Of a stretch of 64,000 bases of DNA, positions 1-17,539 are shown in pieces. How positions within the stretch are numbered: the first letter of the stretch is position 1; every line of letters begins with the position of its first letter. This DNA is from Utricularia gibba. Taxonomy: Eukaryota > Plantae > Magnoliophyta. Position numbers and translations under genes: made by a program. Under the pieces are notes generated by a model. The model had not been told where the DNA came from. It saw nothing but the letters and a program-made list of their open reading frames with translations, and searched no databases. The DNA lies in the NCBI GenBank assembly GCA_002189035.1, contig NEEC01000014.1, positions 620,001 through 684,000 on the forward strand. Reading direction: 5' to 3'.

Positions 1-648
1 TCAAGCATCAAGGTTTCATTGAACGTCAAGAGGTAATACATAATGCATTGAAACTGTGCTTTATTTCCATTGAAACTTCACACCGAGAGATCATACATAA
101 TGCACGCCACTCGGTACTCTCAGGTCAAGCAAATGGTTGTAGCAACTCTGGCTGAATCTGGAATGAACCTTTCAGATGATGTAATAGAGATCATTATCGA
201 CAAGGTACTAATGAGCTCCTGAGAAGCTTTTCCATCCCACAGTATCCTCAAAACAACAAGCTCCTGATCATTTGATTCCCTTTCTCTCTACCCAATTTCA
301 GACTTTCGAGGAAGCAGACACCAAACATGATGGTAGGATTGATAAAGAAGAGTGGAGGAGTCTGGTGATGCGGCATCCCTCTCTTCTGAAAAACATGACC
401 CTTCAGTACCTCAAGTAAGCAAGCTTCCATCCTTCTTCGCTTAGATGGTGCAGACTAGTAAACGATACACAACTCAGCGGTTCTCATAGGAAACTAGACA
501 TGTCTCTGTTGATACCGATGCTGTTTTCGCCATGTTCCGGGTTCATTATTCGATTCTGGAGCATGCATCATAACCCCTTTTGTTGGACAGGGACATCACC
601 ACCGCATTCCCCAGCTTTGTATTCCATTCTCAAGTAGACGACACATGA
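1..648 (+). CDS. CBL2/3: Calcineurin B-like calcium sensor (CBL2/CBL3-like), 3' part only; exons 1-31, 124-204, 302-414, 591-648
   Basis: Spliced translation [93 protein letters not shown] matches the CBL EF-hands and FPSF motif; GT-AG introns. Confidence 0.93.
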
Positions 649-1302
649 GCAGCAGCTCTCCACAACCGGGCTCCTGGTTCCATGTTGCTCTGTGGGAAGC
701 GCCAAGGCGTTATATATATTTTTTGTTTGCTGTGTTCACTTTGGCAAGATGCTTCTTTTCTCTATGGTTTCTTGAACAAGATGACTGATGGAATTTCATA
801 ATTTTTTCTTCTTGCTCTCTGTAAACTTGTTCCATTGCTACATGCTTCAGTTTTAATTTCTTCATAACCATTCAAACCACACCAATTTCACTAGTTTTAA
901 TGTAAAATATATTTTTTTATCATATATATTAATTTTAATTTATGATACATAGCAAGGATAAGTAATATACTCATTTTTCCTTCACATTATTGTCAAATAT
1001 GATTTACCTCTCAAAAAAATTGTAATTTTTATAAAAATGTAAATTATTATAAAATGATGATTTCCTTATATTTCTAATTCCATTTATCATTTATATTTTT
1101 AATTGTTATCTAATGTTGTAAATGGAAAAATAATTTATTTGAGAAGCTTAATAAAGAAGTGATTTGCCGTGCTTCGCTGGAGACATCTCCAGCTGGCTTT
1201 AAATTGGAGATTCTTCCCCCGAATACGGAACGCGTGGTAGTCTCTCTCTTTCGGTCTTCCGGAACGATCTTCAGATTTCTCTCCCTCAGATTCGCGGGTC
1301 CG

Positions 1303-2493
<1,191 letters not shown>

Positions 2494-2945
2494 GATTAAT
2501 GGTGAGACACTAACACTTCTTTGCCACACTGGATGTCCATTCTTCTCAACCTGGAAATTATGTGTTGCTTGTGGATTCTTTCTTGTCTCTTTATTCATCC
2601 CCATCTCTGTTGTACAAAGAATAGATATCAATGCTCTCTCTTAAATTTATTTGTTTCTAGTTGTCAAAGAAATCGAATATGTTGTCTCTTAAGCTCAAAG
2701 AAGGCCTCCTCCACAAGGGAATGGATGCTTCAATAAACTTGTGCACTGGTTGGTCTGTTGCACTATTATGAATTACTGACATTGATGCAGCCGTGAATCT
2801 TGGAATCCTCTAAACCTTCTATTTTCATTTATATTTTATGAGGGAAAACTCAACTGATTCCATGCATGATATTCTTGAACTAGATCAAATGCCAGACAGT
2901 AGCTACCTTATTCAGCTTGTCGACTAAGAAAAGTGACTTCACTTT

Positions 2946-5111
2946 TCAAATGATGGTTCCACTAGGAATCAATGCATCTTTGATGACAGTAACTATGCCA
3001 CTCTTGATGAAATACCCATCTGTTTCTCTTGCTGCTTCTTGCACATTCTCAGAATTGATTATCTGCATGCGTCATGAGGTTCAAGGAATATGAATACCGT
3101 TTCAATCTTTGAAAAGAGACATCCTTTTCCATAGGCACTCACCTTGACATCATCACCAATCCTGGCATTCTTGTCGATGATAGCTCTTCTGATATGTGAA
3201 TTCCTCCCAATACCAACTGGGACACCACCCTTCGCTGCTAGGAGTCTTTTGTCAGCATCAGTCTGCAAAGAACACCACCCCCCTTTAGCTCAATCTAATG
3301 AATTGTGGAAAGCTTTGTTTGATACCTCATAATAGTCAGCTCCCATTAGCAGTGAGTCTTCGATTACCGCACCCTCAGAGATGCAGGAACGCAGCCCAAC
3401 AACCGAATGGTGAATCTTGCAGCTCTAGAGCATGAACGGTTATATCGTGTTATAAGTGTCATGAGCTGAGTACATGAGCGTAGACTGAATGGTGGGTGAT
3501 TGGTACCTTTATCACACATCCCTCACCTATGACACTGTCTGTGACATCGGCATTCAGCATCTTAGAAGGTGGGAGGTAACGAGGCTGTGTGTATATTGGA
3601 GAGGAACGATCATAAAAGCTGAAGTCTGGCAAAGGTTTCTTGGTGATTCCAAGGTTTGCATTGTAGAACGCCTCAATGGTTCCAATGTCCTCCCAATACC
3701 CGTCATACAGATATGCTTGCACCTGAGAAGAAAAGACACACAGTGATGGTCACTTTATCTTTGGGATTGGCACTGAAGAGGTTTACATTGCAAGGATTGT
3801 AGTGTACCCTCATTCCTAGTGAAGTAGCACCAGGGATGACTTCACTTCCAAAGTCATTGGCTGATGGGAACTTCCCTTGTAGCAGATTCAGCATTACATC
3901 TTTACTGAAAACATAGATGCCCATACTTGCAATATACGGCATTTCCACTGCTCTCGCTTCATCAAGTCCTAAGATTGTAGTGTCAACCTATGACAAGGAA
4001 AAGGAGGAGGGGAACGTCAGTGGGAATGCTGACAAGGTAAAACTGGGCACCTCCATTTAGTATCATGGTTCTCCCACCTTCATTGCCTTGAGCTCTTCAC
4101 CCTTGGGCTTTTCTGCAAACTCTATGATCCGCCCTTCATCATCGATCGTCATCAAACCGAAGGCTGTAGCTCTTTTTTCATCCATTGGCAAAGCAGCAAC
4201 TGTTATGTCTGCCTCAGTTTCTCTGTGTGCTTTAATGAATTTCTCATAGTCCATTCTGTACAAATGATCTCCCGCTAATATCAAGTACTCAAGAACGTCA
4301 TGTTCCTCAAAAAGCCACAAGTACTGCCTCACAGCATCGGCTGTCCCCTGGCGGTGGAAGATTAGCAACGCTGATGTGAGAACAGGTTGCAACTGACCGA
4401 AACATTATGTTGATGAAGAAAGTAAGTCATCCCCATATACCTGGAACCAGTTTGGGTTCTCGGGGCTCTGCTGTGCAGCAAGAACCTCGACAAATCCTTC
4501 ATTCTTGTACCCTCCCATGTTGCTGGTGTACGCCCTTGATAAGTGACGGTTGAGAGATGCTGAGTTGAACTGTGTGAGGACGTAGATCTTGGATATGTTG
4601 CTGTTGAGACAATTACTGACAGGAATATCGATCAAACGATAATTGGCACCCAGTGGAACTGCCGGCTTTGCCCTTTTCTTGGTGAGCGGATACAGCCTCG
4701 ACCCGGCGCCACCCCCAAGAATGATGCCCAATACGCTCTACGCAACAAAATCAAACACTGGTTAGTGAACAACGCCGATTCAGATGGAAGGTAGCAGGCG
4801 AATGCAGATCCAATAACGGAGAATTCGAGAGAAATCCCCGAAGATCAAAACAATTTCAAAAAAGTTGATGATACCGTGCTGGCATCAGGATCAAGGCATG
4901 TCGTGGAGGAGCTGGAATCTGAAACAGCCTTCGGAGAAACAACGAACGCTGCTGGAGATCTCCTGACGGTAACCGGTTTCCGAGAACTTACAGACACCGC
5001 ACTCCCGAAAAGCTGAGATTTGGAAAAGTTCACCGCTCTTGACGTCTTCTTCTCCGTTGATGATGAATACGGGAGACCACAAATCCCGATGACCGAGGAT
5101 GAACACGCCAT
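2946..5111 (-). CDS. APS1: ADP-glucose pyrophosphorylase small subunit, copy A (intact, 8 exons)
   Basis: Transit peptide then [65 protein letters not shown]; all exons read in frame with GT-AG introns. Confidence 0.96.
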
Positions 5112-5770
5112 GCTCTCTCCTCGTCCTCACTCACCCAGAATCTCTGCAGGAGTGACGAAGTGGGAACGGCAAGATCTCTGGAAAAGCAACAGTTTTTAAT
5201 GATTAAATATATAATTCAAGATTTCTAAAAGGGCCAACCTTGTACCTCGTCAGCCTTGAATTTTCAAATGCATTTTTTTAAAATAAAATAAAAATCTCGA
5301 AATAATGTTGCTAACATTTTTTCTAAACAAAAAAATCACATTAAACAGACATTAAAAATGTACTTCAAAAATAATGTTATATTTAAAAAAAAAAATTAGA
5401 AATATTTAATATTTTCAGTAAAATTCAGAGATCCAAATTATATTTTATTACATATATTTTTTTGAAAAATAGTTTTCAAAAAACAGAATAAAAAAAATCT
5501 AAACTTGTGTTTCATGTAAATTTAGGTCAAGTTTAGCAACATGGATTCTAAAGGTGGGTTGGGCTGAGCTCAACAATACGGCCCATATGTTTAAAATGCT
5601 CCGTATAGATAAAGTCCATTGAGTTCAACCCAGCTGCGAAATTGGCCTGGCCCATTTGTATCAAGCGCGCAGTTGCACAAAATCCGGTCTTTGGTGGAAT
5701 ATCACCTTTGAAAGCTTCATCGTTCCACGTTCACTCACCAGTCGCTGTTCGTTAGATTTTGGGGCAGACC

Positions 5771-7964
5771 ATGGCATCGTCGTCCTCGCTCATTAGGATT
5801 TCTGGTCTGCCGTTTTCTTCGTCTCCTGAGAAGAAGATCTCACGAACAGTGCAATTTTCCAAATCTGAGCTTTTCGGGAGTACGGTGTCTGTTAGTACTC
5901 GAAAGCCCGTTAGCGTCAGGAGATCTCCAGCGGCGTTCGTTGTTTCTCCGAAGGCTGTAACTGATTCCAGCTCCTCTACGACTTGCCTTGATCCTGATGC
6001 CAGCACGGTATCATCAACTTTTTTGAAATTGTTTTGATCTTGGGGGATTTCTGTCGAATTCTCTGTTATTGGATCTGCATTTTCCTGCTACCTTCCATCT
6101 GAATCGGCGTTGTTCACTAACCAGTGTTTGATTTTGTTGCGTAGAGCGTATTGGGCATCATTCTTGGGGGTGGCGCCGGGTCGAGGCTGTATCCGCTCAC
6201 CAAGAAAAGGGCAAAGCCGGCAGTTCCACTGGGTGCCAATTATCGTTTGATCGATATTCCTGTCAGTAATTGTCTCAACAGCAACATATCCAAGATCTAC
6301 GTCCTCACACAGTTCAACTCAGCATCTCTCAACCGTCACTTATCAAGGGCGTACACCAGCAATATGGGAGGGTACAAGAATGAAGGATTTGTCGAAGTTC
6401 TTGCTGCTCAGCAGAGCCCCGAGAACCCAAACTGGTTCCAGGTATATGGGTGTGGCATTCTTTCTTTGTTCGTAATGCGCTAGGCATGTGCAACCTGTGC
6501 AGTTTCAGTTTGGCAGACTTAGTACTTGCAAAGAATATTAGCCTGCTTACATCAACTTTGCTAATCTTCGACCATCAGGGGACAGCTGATGCTGTGAGAC
6601 AGTATTTGTGGCTTTTTGAGGAACATGATGTTCTTGAGTACTTGATTTTGGCGGGGATCATTTGTACAGAATGGATTATGAGAAATTCATTAAAGCGCAC
6701 AGAGAAACTGAGGCAGACATTACAGTTGCTGCTTTGCCAATGGATGAAAAACGAGCTACAGCTTTCGGTTTGATGAAGATCGATGATGAAGGACGGATCA
6801 TAGAATTTGCAGAAAAGCCCAAGGGTGAAGAGCTCAAGGCAATGAAGGTGGGGAAGCATGCTACAATTGAGTTGTCTGGTTTTGACTTGGCAATATTCCC
6901 ACTTGGGTTACCCTCATTTTATCGTTGATGTAGGTTGACACGACGATCTTAGGACTTGATGAAGAAAGAGCAAAGGAAATGCCGTATATTGCAAGTATGG
7001 GTATCTATGTTTTCAGTAAACATGTAATGCTGAATTTGCTACAAGGGAAGTTCCCAGCAGCCAATGATTTTGGGAGTGAAGTAATTCCTGGTGCAACTTC
7101 ATTAGGAATGAGGGTAAGCTTATATGCATGAAATATAACTCTCTTTAGTGCCAATGCAAAAGATACTGACTATTTTTCTTTTTGTCTCAGGTGCAAGCAT
7201 ACCTGTACGACGGGTATTGGGAGGACATTGGAACTATCGAGGCATTTTATAATGCTAATCTAGGAATTACCAAGAAACCTTTGCCAGATTTTAGTTTTTA
7301 TGACCGCTCTGCTCCAATATACACACAACCTCGTTACCTTCCACCTTCAAAGATGCTGAACGCGGATGTCACTGACAGTGTCATTGGCGAAGGGTGTGTA
7401 ATAAAGGTATGAATCATCTGCCTCCTCATTCTACACTCATGTTTCAATGGGTTTAAGTCTAATACAACAATTCTTCACTTTTTAGAGTTGCAAGATTCAT
7501 CACTCAGTTGTCGGCTTGCGCTCTTACATCTCTGAGGGTGCTGTAATTGAGGATTCTTTACTGATGGGGGCCGACTATTATGAGGTAGCAATGCAGATTT
7601 TCACTCACCAGATTTCCCATACTGCAGACTGACTTGACATTGGCCTGACCTCCTCACAGACTGATGCTGACAAATCACTCCTCGCTGCAAAAGGGGGTGT
7701 GCCAATTGGCATTGGAAAGTTCTCACACATCAAAAGAGCCATCATCGACAAAAACGCTCGAATTGGAGAAAATGTCAAGGTTATTATGCAATAACTCATC
7801 ATTTCTCAACAGGATTGGCACCACACCCACATCCCTTATGTTTGCAGATCATCAATGCTGATAATGTGCAAGAAGCAGCCCGAGAAACCGATGGGTATTT
7901 CATCAAGAGTGGCATAGTCACCGTCATCAAAGATGCCCTGATACCCAGTGGAACCATCATTTGA
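5771..7964 (+). CDS. APS1: ADP-glucose pyrophosphorylase small subunit, copy B (8 exons); 1-bp deficit at 6653-6656 breaks the frame as assembled
   Basis: Same motifs as copy A. The exon 3 sequence GCGGGGATCAT lacks one base relative to A-G-D-H (copy A has GCG GGA GAT CAT). Other exons are intact and differ mostly at synonymous sites. Confidence 0.92.
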
Positions 7965-8827
7965 AGAGGAAGCCCTGGTGATGCTTTGTGCAAACTGAGG
8001 CTCTTGGGATCCACAGTCCACTAGAAAGAGTGTTACTTCCTGGAGGATGCCTTGTGCAGATGGGGATCGCATGATGTAAGCAAAATAAGTTGTCGTCTAC
8101 ATGTGCAAGAACAAAATGGGCCGTTGGTTCAATACACTTCACTGTGAGGCCCATTTAGCGAAGTTCTGGCCCATAGCTGCAGAAAATCACGAACGTGTCG
8201 TTGTATTTAATGCAACAGCCTTCATCGAACGAGGAACTTAATAATTATCAGAATTTTCAGTCAATTGATTAGATCGCGCTCCCCGATTTCGTCATCTTTC
8301 AGCAAGTCGAACATTTGATTGATATCCGGCGGGGGTTTTTGCTCTCTTTTTTTCGCGGCGTCAATCGTCGTCTTGAGCGGGGGAATTATCTCAACTGATC
8401 ATTTTCTTGAGGTCAGGAGAGAAGTTCGTTTTGTTGTTTGGTTCTTTTATTGTGATGGGTTAATTCGTTTGCGAATTTCTGGTTTTTTTTCTTTGATTTT
8501 TGGGGATTTCGGTGAAAGAATAAAGGACGCGGACGACTTCTGCGGTTTTGTTTATGTTCTGTGAATTTGGTTTTAATTTTTATGCTTTGAATTCCCCAGT
8601 ATGTGAAGGTTCAGTCTCCTCTATTTACTAAAGATTGAAATCTCTTTTAGTTCGTTTCGTTGTATGTGCAGTTTTATCTTTTAATGGTTGTATAATGATT
8701 TTGAAGGTATTGAATGATTCAGTTTCTTTCGTCTCTCTGTTCGCTAGCCATTTTTTCTTGTATTGTTCTACTGCAGCCTATTAATGTTATATGAATTGTA
8801 ATTCAGGGGATCTTAAGTTACGAAGTT

Positions 8828-11330
8828 ATGGATGATGCTGCCGCTGACTATGAAATGGGTGAGGTTGATGGGAATATGTACTTTGGCGGTGTAATGGTGA
8901 GAGATTCAGATTCCGAAGAGGAGGAAGAGGATGAATATGATCAGTTGGTCCGTACAATCTTGTGTTAGGATATTCATTTGAAATGTTTCTTTTTAAGTAT
9001 TTTTCCATTCTTGGGCTTGCATCCATTTGGTTTTTGAACTAACTAATGTGTTGAAGTAGGATAATAAGGTTACGGATACCTGTGCTGCTGAAGCACGGAA
9101 AGGAAAGGATATCCAGGGAATCCCGTGGGAGAGGCTCAATATTACAAGAGACAAGTACAGAAAAACTAGATTAGAACAATATAAGAATTATGAGAATATA
9201 CCTGCTTCAGGAGAGGGATGCCAAAAGGTATCGTTTTTTTGTATATCTGATGTAATTATTACTTTCTTACTGAGGTCTCCATTTATATTTTTTTAGGAAT
9301 GCAAGTTAACGAGAAAAGATGGTACATATTATGAGTTTTGGCAAAACACAAGATCTGTAAAGTCGACGATTCTTCATTTTCAGGTAATTTTTATCAGTTT
9401 TTCGCTCTTGAATTCTTTTGGTTGCAAATGTTTCTTAATTTTTTTTTCTTTGCTCTTCCAAATGGTGTATGCCATCACACGACCAAATCCTTTTTTTTTT
9501 TCTTGACCATGAGAATATTCTGTAAATTTGTGGGGATAAAATTGTGAAAGTTGGAGACTTTAGGCACATAAGGTGTGTTTCATTGTATAGCCCCCAGCTT
9601 TTGCAATCGATGCTATGTAGTGAAGTTAAAGTTTTTCATGTTGTCGTGATTGTATGATGAAGCTGCTAATTTTTTATTCAACTAACACCTGATAATGTAT
9701 TTGATGGGCCATTGTCATAGCTCATTAACCCCAAGTTTTGTTCCAGTTGCGGAATCTGGTTTGGTCGACATCTAAGCATGATGTTTACCTGATGTCTCAC
9801 TATTCGATAATCCACTGGTCATCCCTGAGTTCAAAAAAGACTGAAGTGCTTAATGTGCTGGGTCACATTGCACCACGAGAGGTGCATCCCCGACATAAAA
9901 TATACATTATGTTTCAGGTTACTTATTTTGTCATAATTTGCAATATGCAAAGTTTGTTTCATTTTTCAGAAACACCCTGGGAGTTTGCTGGAAGGATTCA
10001 CCCAGACACAAGTAAGTACGCTAGCAGTACGAGATAATGTGTTGATTGCTGGTGGATTCCACGGGGAGCTTATTTGCAAGGTGCTTCTCTTTTCCTGCAG
10101 AATATGCCTTACAGCATTAGAATAGCCAAGCTGTTTTGTTAATTCAAACTGTTAGGCCGGTTTACAGTTTTTCCTCATAATGATCGCTTACATTTGCCCA
10201 TCTAACCCTGGTGTCAGGATCTTGATCGTCCTGGTGTTAACTTTTGTACGAGAACAACCTATGATGAGAATGCTATCACAAATGCAATTGAGATATACGA
10301 TAGTCCAAGGTGAGCGTTGCCTCTCTCACGTTCTCATCAGCTCAAATTGCTGTATTTCTTGTGTAAAAATTCATCATTATCTTCTAACTATTGCCAAACC
10401 ACGTCAGTGGTGCTTCTCATTTTACAGCTTCCAATAATGATTGTGGGGTTCGGGATTTTGACATGGAGAGATTCTCGCTGGTCAAGAATTTCTCTTTTCC
10501 CTGGCCAGTTAATGTTAGTAACAATTGCTTTCTTATTTCTGTGTCTAGTATGTCAATATGTTTTATAGTCAGCTGGAGGTTTGTTTCTTACTGAAACAGT
10601 TTTTTTTCTTTTTGATGTATACTGAACAGAAATCCATTATATAAAGTAGTAGTTGTCAATGATGTTGTAATTGCATGTTTTATTCTGCCTGTGTGATGAT
10701 CCTTTTGGCTTTGACTGCAGCATACCTCTCTCAGTCCAGATAGAAAAATCATTGCTATTGTCGGGGACAATCCTGATGGGATGTTAATAGATTCCGAGAA
10801 TGGCAAGGTACATAATGAATCTTTTTTCCTGATTGATTGCCAAAAATGCTATGATTTAATGCTCAGAAAGCTGGATGATCCTGATTTTCCGCATACTCTG
10901 TTTTATTTTTCTGTAGACCATTGCTACTCTACGTGGACATTTGGATTTTTCATTTGCTTCTGCATGGCATCCAAATGGTGTCATCTTCGCCACCGGGAAC
11001 CAGGACAAAACATGTCGGGTCTGGGATGTTCGTAACCTCTCAAAATCCATTGCAGTACTCAAGGGAAACTTGGGTGCAATTCGATCCATCCGTTTCACAT
11101 CTGATGGTCGGTTTATGTCAATGGCTGAACCAGCAGACTTTGTACATATCTACGATGTAAAGAACGACTTCGACAGAGAACAAGAAATTGACTTCTTTGG
11201 TGAGATATCTGGAATCTCTTTTAGTCCAGACACGGAAGCCATGTTCATCGGGGTCTGGGATCGAACTTATGGCAGCATTCTCCAGTACAACAGGCGCCGA
11301 AACTATTCATATCTGGATTCTCTGATATGA
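8828..11330 (+). CDS. WD40-repeat protein (plant family with ARKGKDIQGIPW motif), about 9 coding exons; start codon approximate
   Basis: Spliced exons EARKGKDIQGIPWERL, LRNLVWSTSKHDVY, GHLDFSFASAWHPNG, TCRVWDVRNLS, DFFGEISGISFSPD; canonical splice sites. Confidence 0.88.
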
Positions 11331-11823
11331 TTTCCAAGATAAAGGTTTGCTGGTCTGTTTGCTGCAAAACGGAAAGGACTGCCAGTGGTCAAGGAGAATG
11401 CATTCATCTCCGTAGTCTTGTATTTGTGAAGTAAACAGTCAGATAGTTGGGTGTATCAACAGTTTTTTAATATGGAAGGTCTTTTTTCCCATTGAAGCAT
11501 CTTGTTCTTCTTTTTTTGTTTCTGTTCAAGAAAAGTACATTTCTCTAGCAGGGAAAAATCTTTCTACCGCTCGCAAGAAGACAAAGAACTCACCTTTTGA
11601 TGTATGTGGGTGGTTTTATGAACTCAAACTACATTCACCGAGGCCATGCTAGGTGATGTTTTTGCCTACGATCCTAAATCTACACCTGAATCCGTATACA
11701 TTCTACTGTGAAACAGCAGGTTTATTAGATTCTGGGAGGAAAAAGTACAGGATTTGAAGGAAAAATACTTCTTGTGCTTAGTTGATTCTGCTTATTGTCT
11801 TCCTGTTTGGTAATCTCTCTGAT

Positions 11824-14390
<2,567 letters not shown>

Positions 14391-14759
14391 CAGCAAGCCC
14401 CCTGATTCAATCGCCGCAAGAAACTTAAGCCCAGATGAAGAATTACAATTAGAATCCGCAGTCTAGACTAAAAACCAGATATCCCAGCCGTTGCCTATAA
14501 TCGAAAATTTTGTCTTTTTACCGTGGTTGTTCGCAGTTTTTCTTACTCAAGTAGGCGGCTGCTTTTCCCTTGTTGGGTTTTGGTCTTTTTCTCAATTATA
14601 GTTCTCAAGTTCGTGTCTTTAAGCCCCTTGTTTGGAAGTTTTCCGGTGAGGTCTGATTTCCTCTACCCAACCTTAAAGAAAGCACGGTTCTTTCCAAATG
14701 TTGAATGGGTTACATTATTGGGACATCGAACAACCACAGTACAGCAGCTTGGTTCTCTC

Positions 14760-17539
14760 TCAATTGACGACTTCCACACCAGTGAAGCTATCTCTTCCTT
14801 CATGGAGTTGGAGGGCAACATCCCCAACAACCTGACATCCAAACACTCCAAGTTATTCTACTAGAATTAAGTGATGCTTCATCGAACCAATCAAAAGAAA
14901 CCGACACTGATACCCGTACCTTAGCCATGGCTCTGTAGGAGCATTCAGTGACTCCACCAACATGAGGTGTGATGATCACATTGGGGAAGTTCAAAATGGG
15001 ATCATCAGGATCAAAGGGCTCAGACCATGCAACATCTATACCCAAGCCCCCCAAATGCCCTGATTTGAGATTCTTGAAGACAGCATCATAGTCTAGAAGG
15101 CCGCCTCGAGAAATGTTTACCAGCATGGATCCCTTCAAGAAAGTTGTTGCATGTAAGGAGGACAGACCAGCAAAGGGAAGAACAGAAACAAGGAAGCAAA
15201 CCTTTTTCATCGATGATATGAAAACATCATCAACAATTCCAGCCTGAATGCCACCAAAATGAGAAGGTACTTAGGAAGGATGATAAACAGTTGCAGAGAC
15301 TGAGAGGTATGATGCTACCGTTTCACTACTCATGGCCAAACAACAAACAACTATGTCAGAAGCTCCCGCGAATTTCAGAATATCTTCATGTCCACCTCTC
15401 ACATCTACTAGATTACAGACTGTGGAATCAATGCAGAAAGAAAGAACTATATATTAATGAACAGCTAGAGATATAAATTCTGTGAGCTTTTCTTGAAATT
15501 AATACCATCTGAGACGCTGGAGTTTTGCACAGGATATGGCCAAGCTCTTTTAGTAGCAAGTATTTTTACACCAAAAGGGCGCAAGCGTTTGGCTAATTCA
15601 ATCCCAATATTTCCATAACCCATGATGAACACCTGAAGGAATCACAAGTTTGGTGCACCCAATGAACTCACTCAAAATAATGAATGAAGAAATACTGCAG
15701 CAGACGTTTATCATTCATTGAGAACACTGCAGATAAAAAAAAGTAATCCAACCGTCTTTCCAAGCAGAGTGTCACCAATCGGATCTCCAAGTATTCTCTT
15801 TCTCAGAGCAGCCTGCATCTCATTCTGAAGAAAAAGTCAAAAGTGGGCAAGCCGAGTAGGAAACTGAAGGTTGCGGCATATGAAGATAGATGCTGAGTCG
15901 AGATTGCAAGCAGTATATATAACAAATCCACGCTTGACTCTACCAATCCAAATTCATAACATCATTACATGTAACTTTGCAACTTCATATATGCGTTTTA
16001 TGAACGCTGAAATCATGCAAAAGGTGAATGTGACAGAGATTCAAGGATTGATTTGAACCAACTTGCTTACGAAGGAGGCCCAACATCAGATAAATGACCA
16101 TTTCAGCACACGAAGCTGCATTTCCAGTTGCATCTCCCGGGATTCTGGCAACTTTAATTCCATGTTTCGTCGCAGCACTTATGTCAACAACTTCATTCCA
16201 GAAAACCATCACTGAATGTTGGAATGATGAAGAAAAGATAACCAAAAATGACATTGTATATAGTTCTTAAGTCATGCCTTCTAACCCTACTCCAAATTGC
16301 ATGATAAGCTTCAACTTGTTTGCTTTCGCTATGATATCTGAATTTAGCCTCAGAGTCTTAACAACACAAATATCATAGTTCTCAATCACATCGGGAACAT
16401 TATCCAGTGGGACAACATCAACCTACCAAAAATGAAAACAGGCATAATGCTTGGTGGAATTGAAAAAGGTTAGGAGCAAATAATACAGAGTCCACAACTA
16501 GACGTGGTGACGATGAAGATAGCCACTACAAGCATATCAATGAAAATAGCAAAGCACACCTGTATGGATGCATGCTTTTGCAGATACTCTATGGTATAGT
16601 TATGAGAAGCAGCAAAATGTGGACCACAAAAAATAACTCGGGTGAAAAGATTGCAGTTGTCTTTTGTCATATTTGACACTTCCCTTAGAAACCCTGTAAT
16701 TTGTTGAGAACGAAACCAATGGGGTAAACTAAGATTACAACAAAATAAAGCTCACTACGTGACAAGTGTAAACTTTTTGAATTTCAAGTTATAACCGGGA
16801 GACATGACTAGTAAAAATAACAATCAAAAGGAAGACTTCGAGAAGATAAGAGGTAGCGTTTGCACAGCTGATACATAACTAAAAAACCGCCACCTTCATT
16901 AGGCCTGCTGGTGAAATTTGCTTAATATCGAGTCAAAACATACTCCATTCAATTCTAATAGAAACCAAAATGCTTCTGAAGTGAACCAACATGAGTTTCT
17001 TCAGCTTCTATGCTCATGGTTAATATTAAAAATTTGCACTTTATCCCTACCAATTTATGGACTTTGCAAAGGCCATATTCTATTCTGATGCTGCATCATG
17101 AGCAGAAACTGAGAAGCAACGGTGAATGCCTTAATTCTGTAATGCAAACATCTCGGGCCTCTAATGTTGATATGAGCAACTTCGAATCAGTTATTAAGCA
17201 GCTCATCAACTTCACACATTAACTCAAATAATTTGAATAATATAAAAAAGAACAAAGGTTTATAAACAAAAAATTTCCTTTCGCGTGGTGTTCTCTACAG
17301 TGCATGTAAGAGATGGAATGCAGGAAAAATCGCAGGGCGGAACACCTTTTTGACTGCGTGGTGTGATTGTGCTACAGATACTCGGGAAGCTAGCAACTTG
17401 ATCGGAGTATAGAGATAAAGCTCGAGACTTTTAATTTTAATTATTTAAAAAAAGATAGATATTTTTTACCTTTTACCTTAGATGATGAAATTCCGGCTCT
17501 ACTGGCGGCCCTAAGAGCCGAAAACGGAGCAAAATGCAT
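14760..17539 (-). CDS. D-isomer-specific 2-hydroxyacid dehydrogenase family protein; first exon and start inferred
   Basis: TRVIFCGPHF, VARIPGDATGNAASCAEM, GYGNIG Rossmann motif, LVNISRGG, DVAWSEP, ITPHVGG; ends GVEVVN*. Putative presequence exon MHFAPFSALRAASRAGISSSK at 17539 is less certain than the internal Met at 16670. Confidence 0.85.

Noticed and set aside
17283-17430. GGTGTTC/GAACACC stem and repeated GCGTGGTGT in the dehydrogenase first intron
   Set aside because: Short stems with no ACA box three nt from a 3' end; not enough support for an H/ACA snoRNA.
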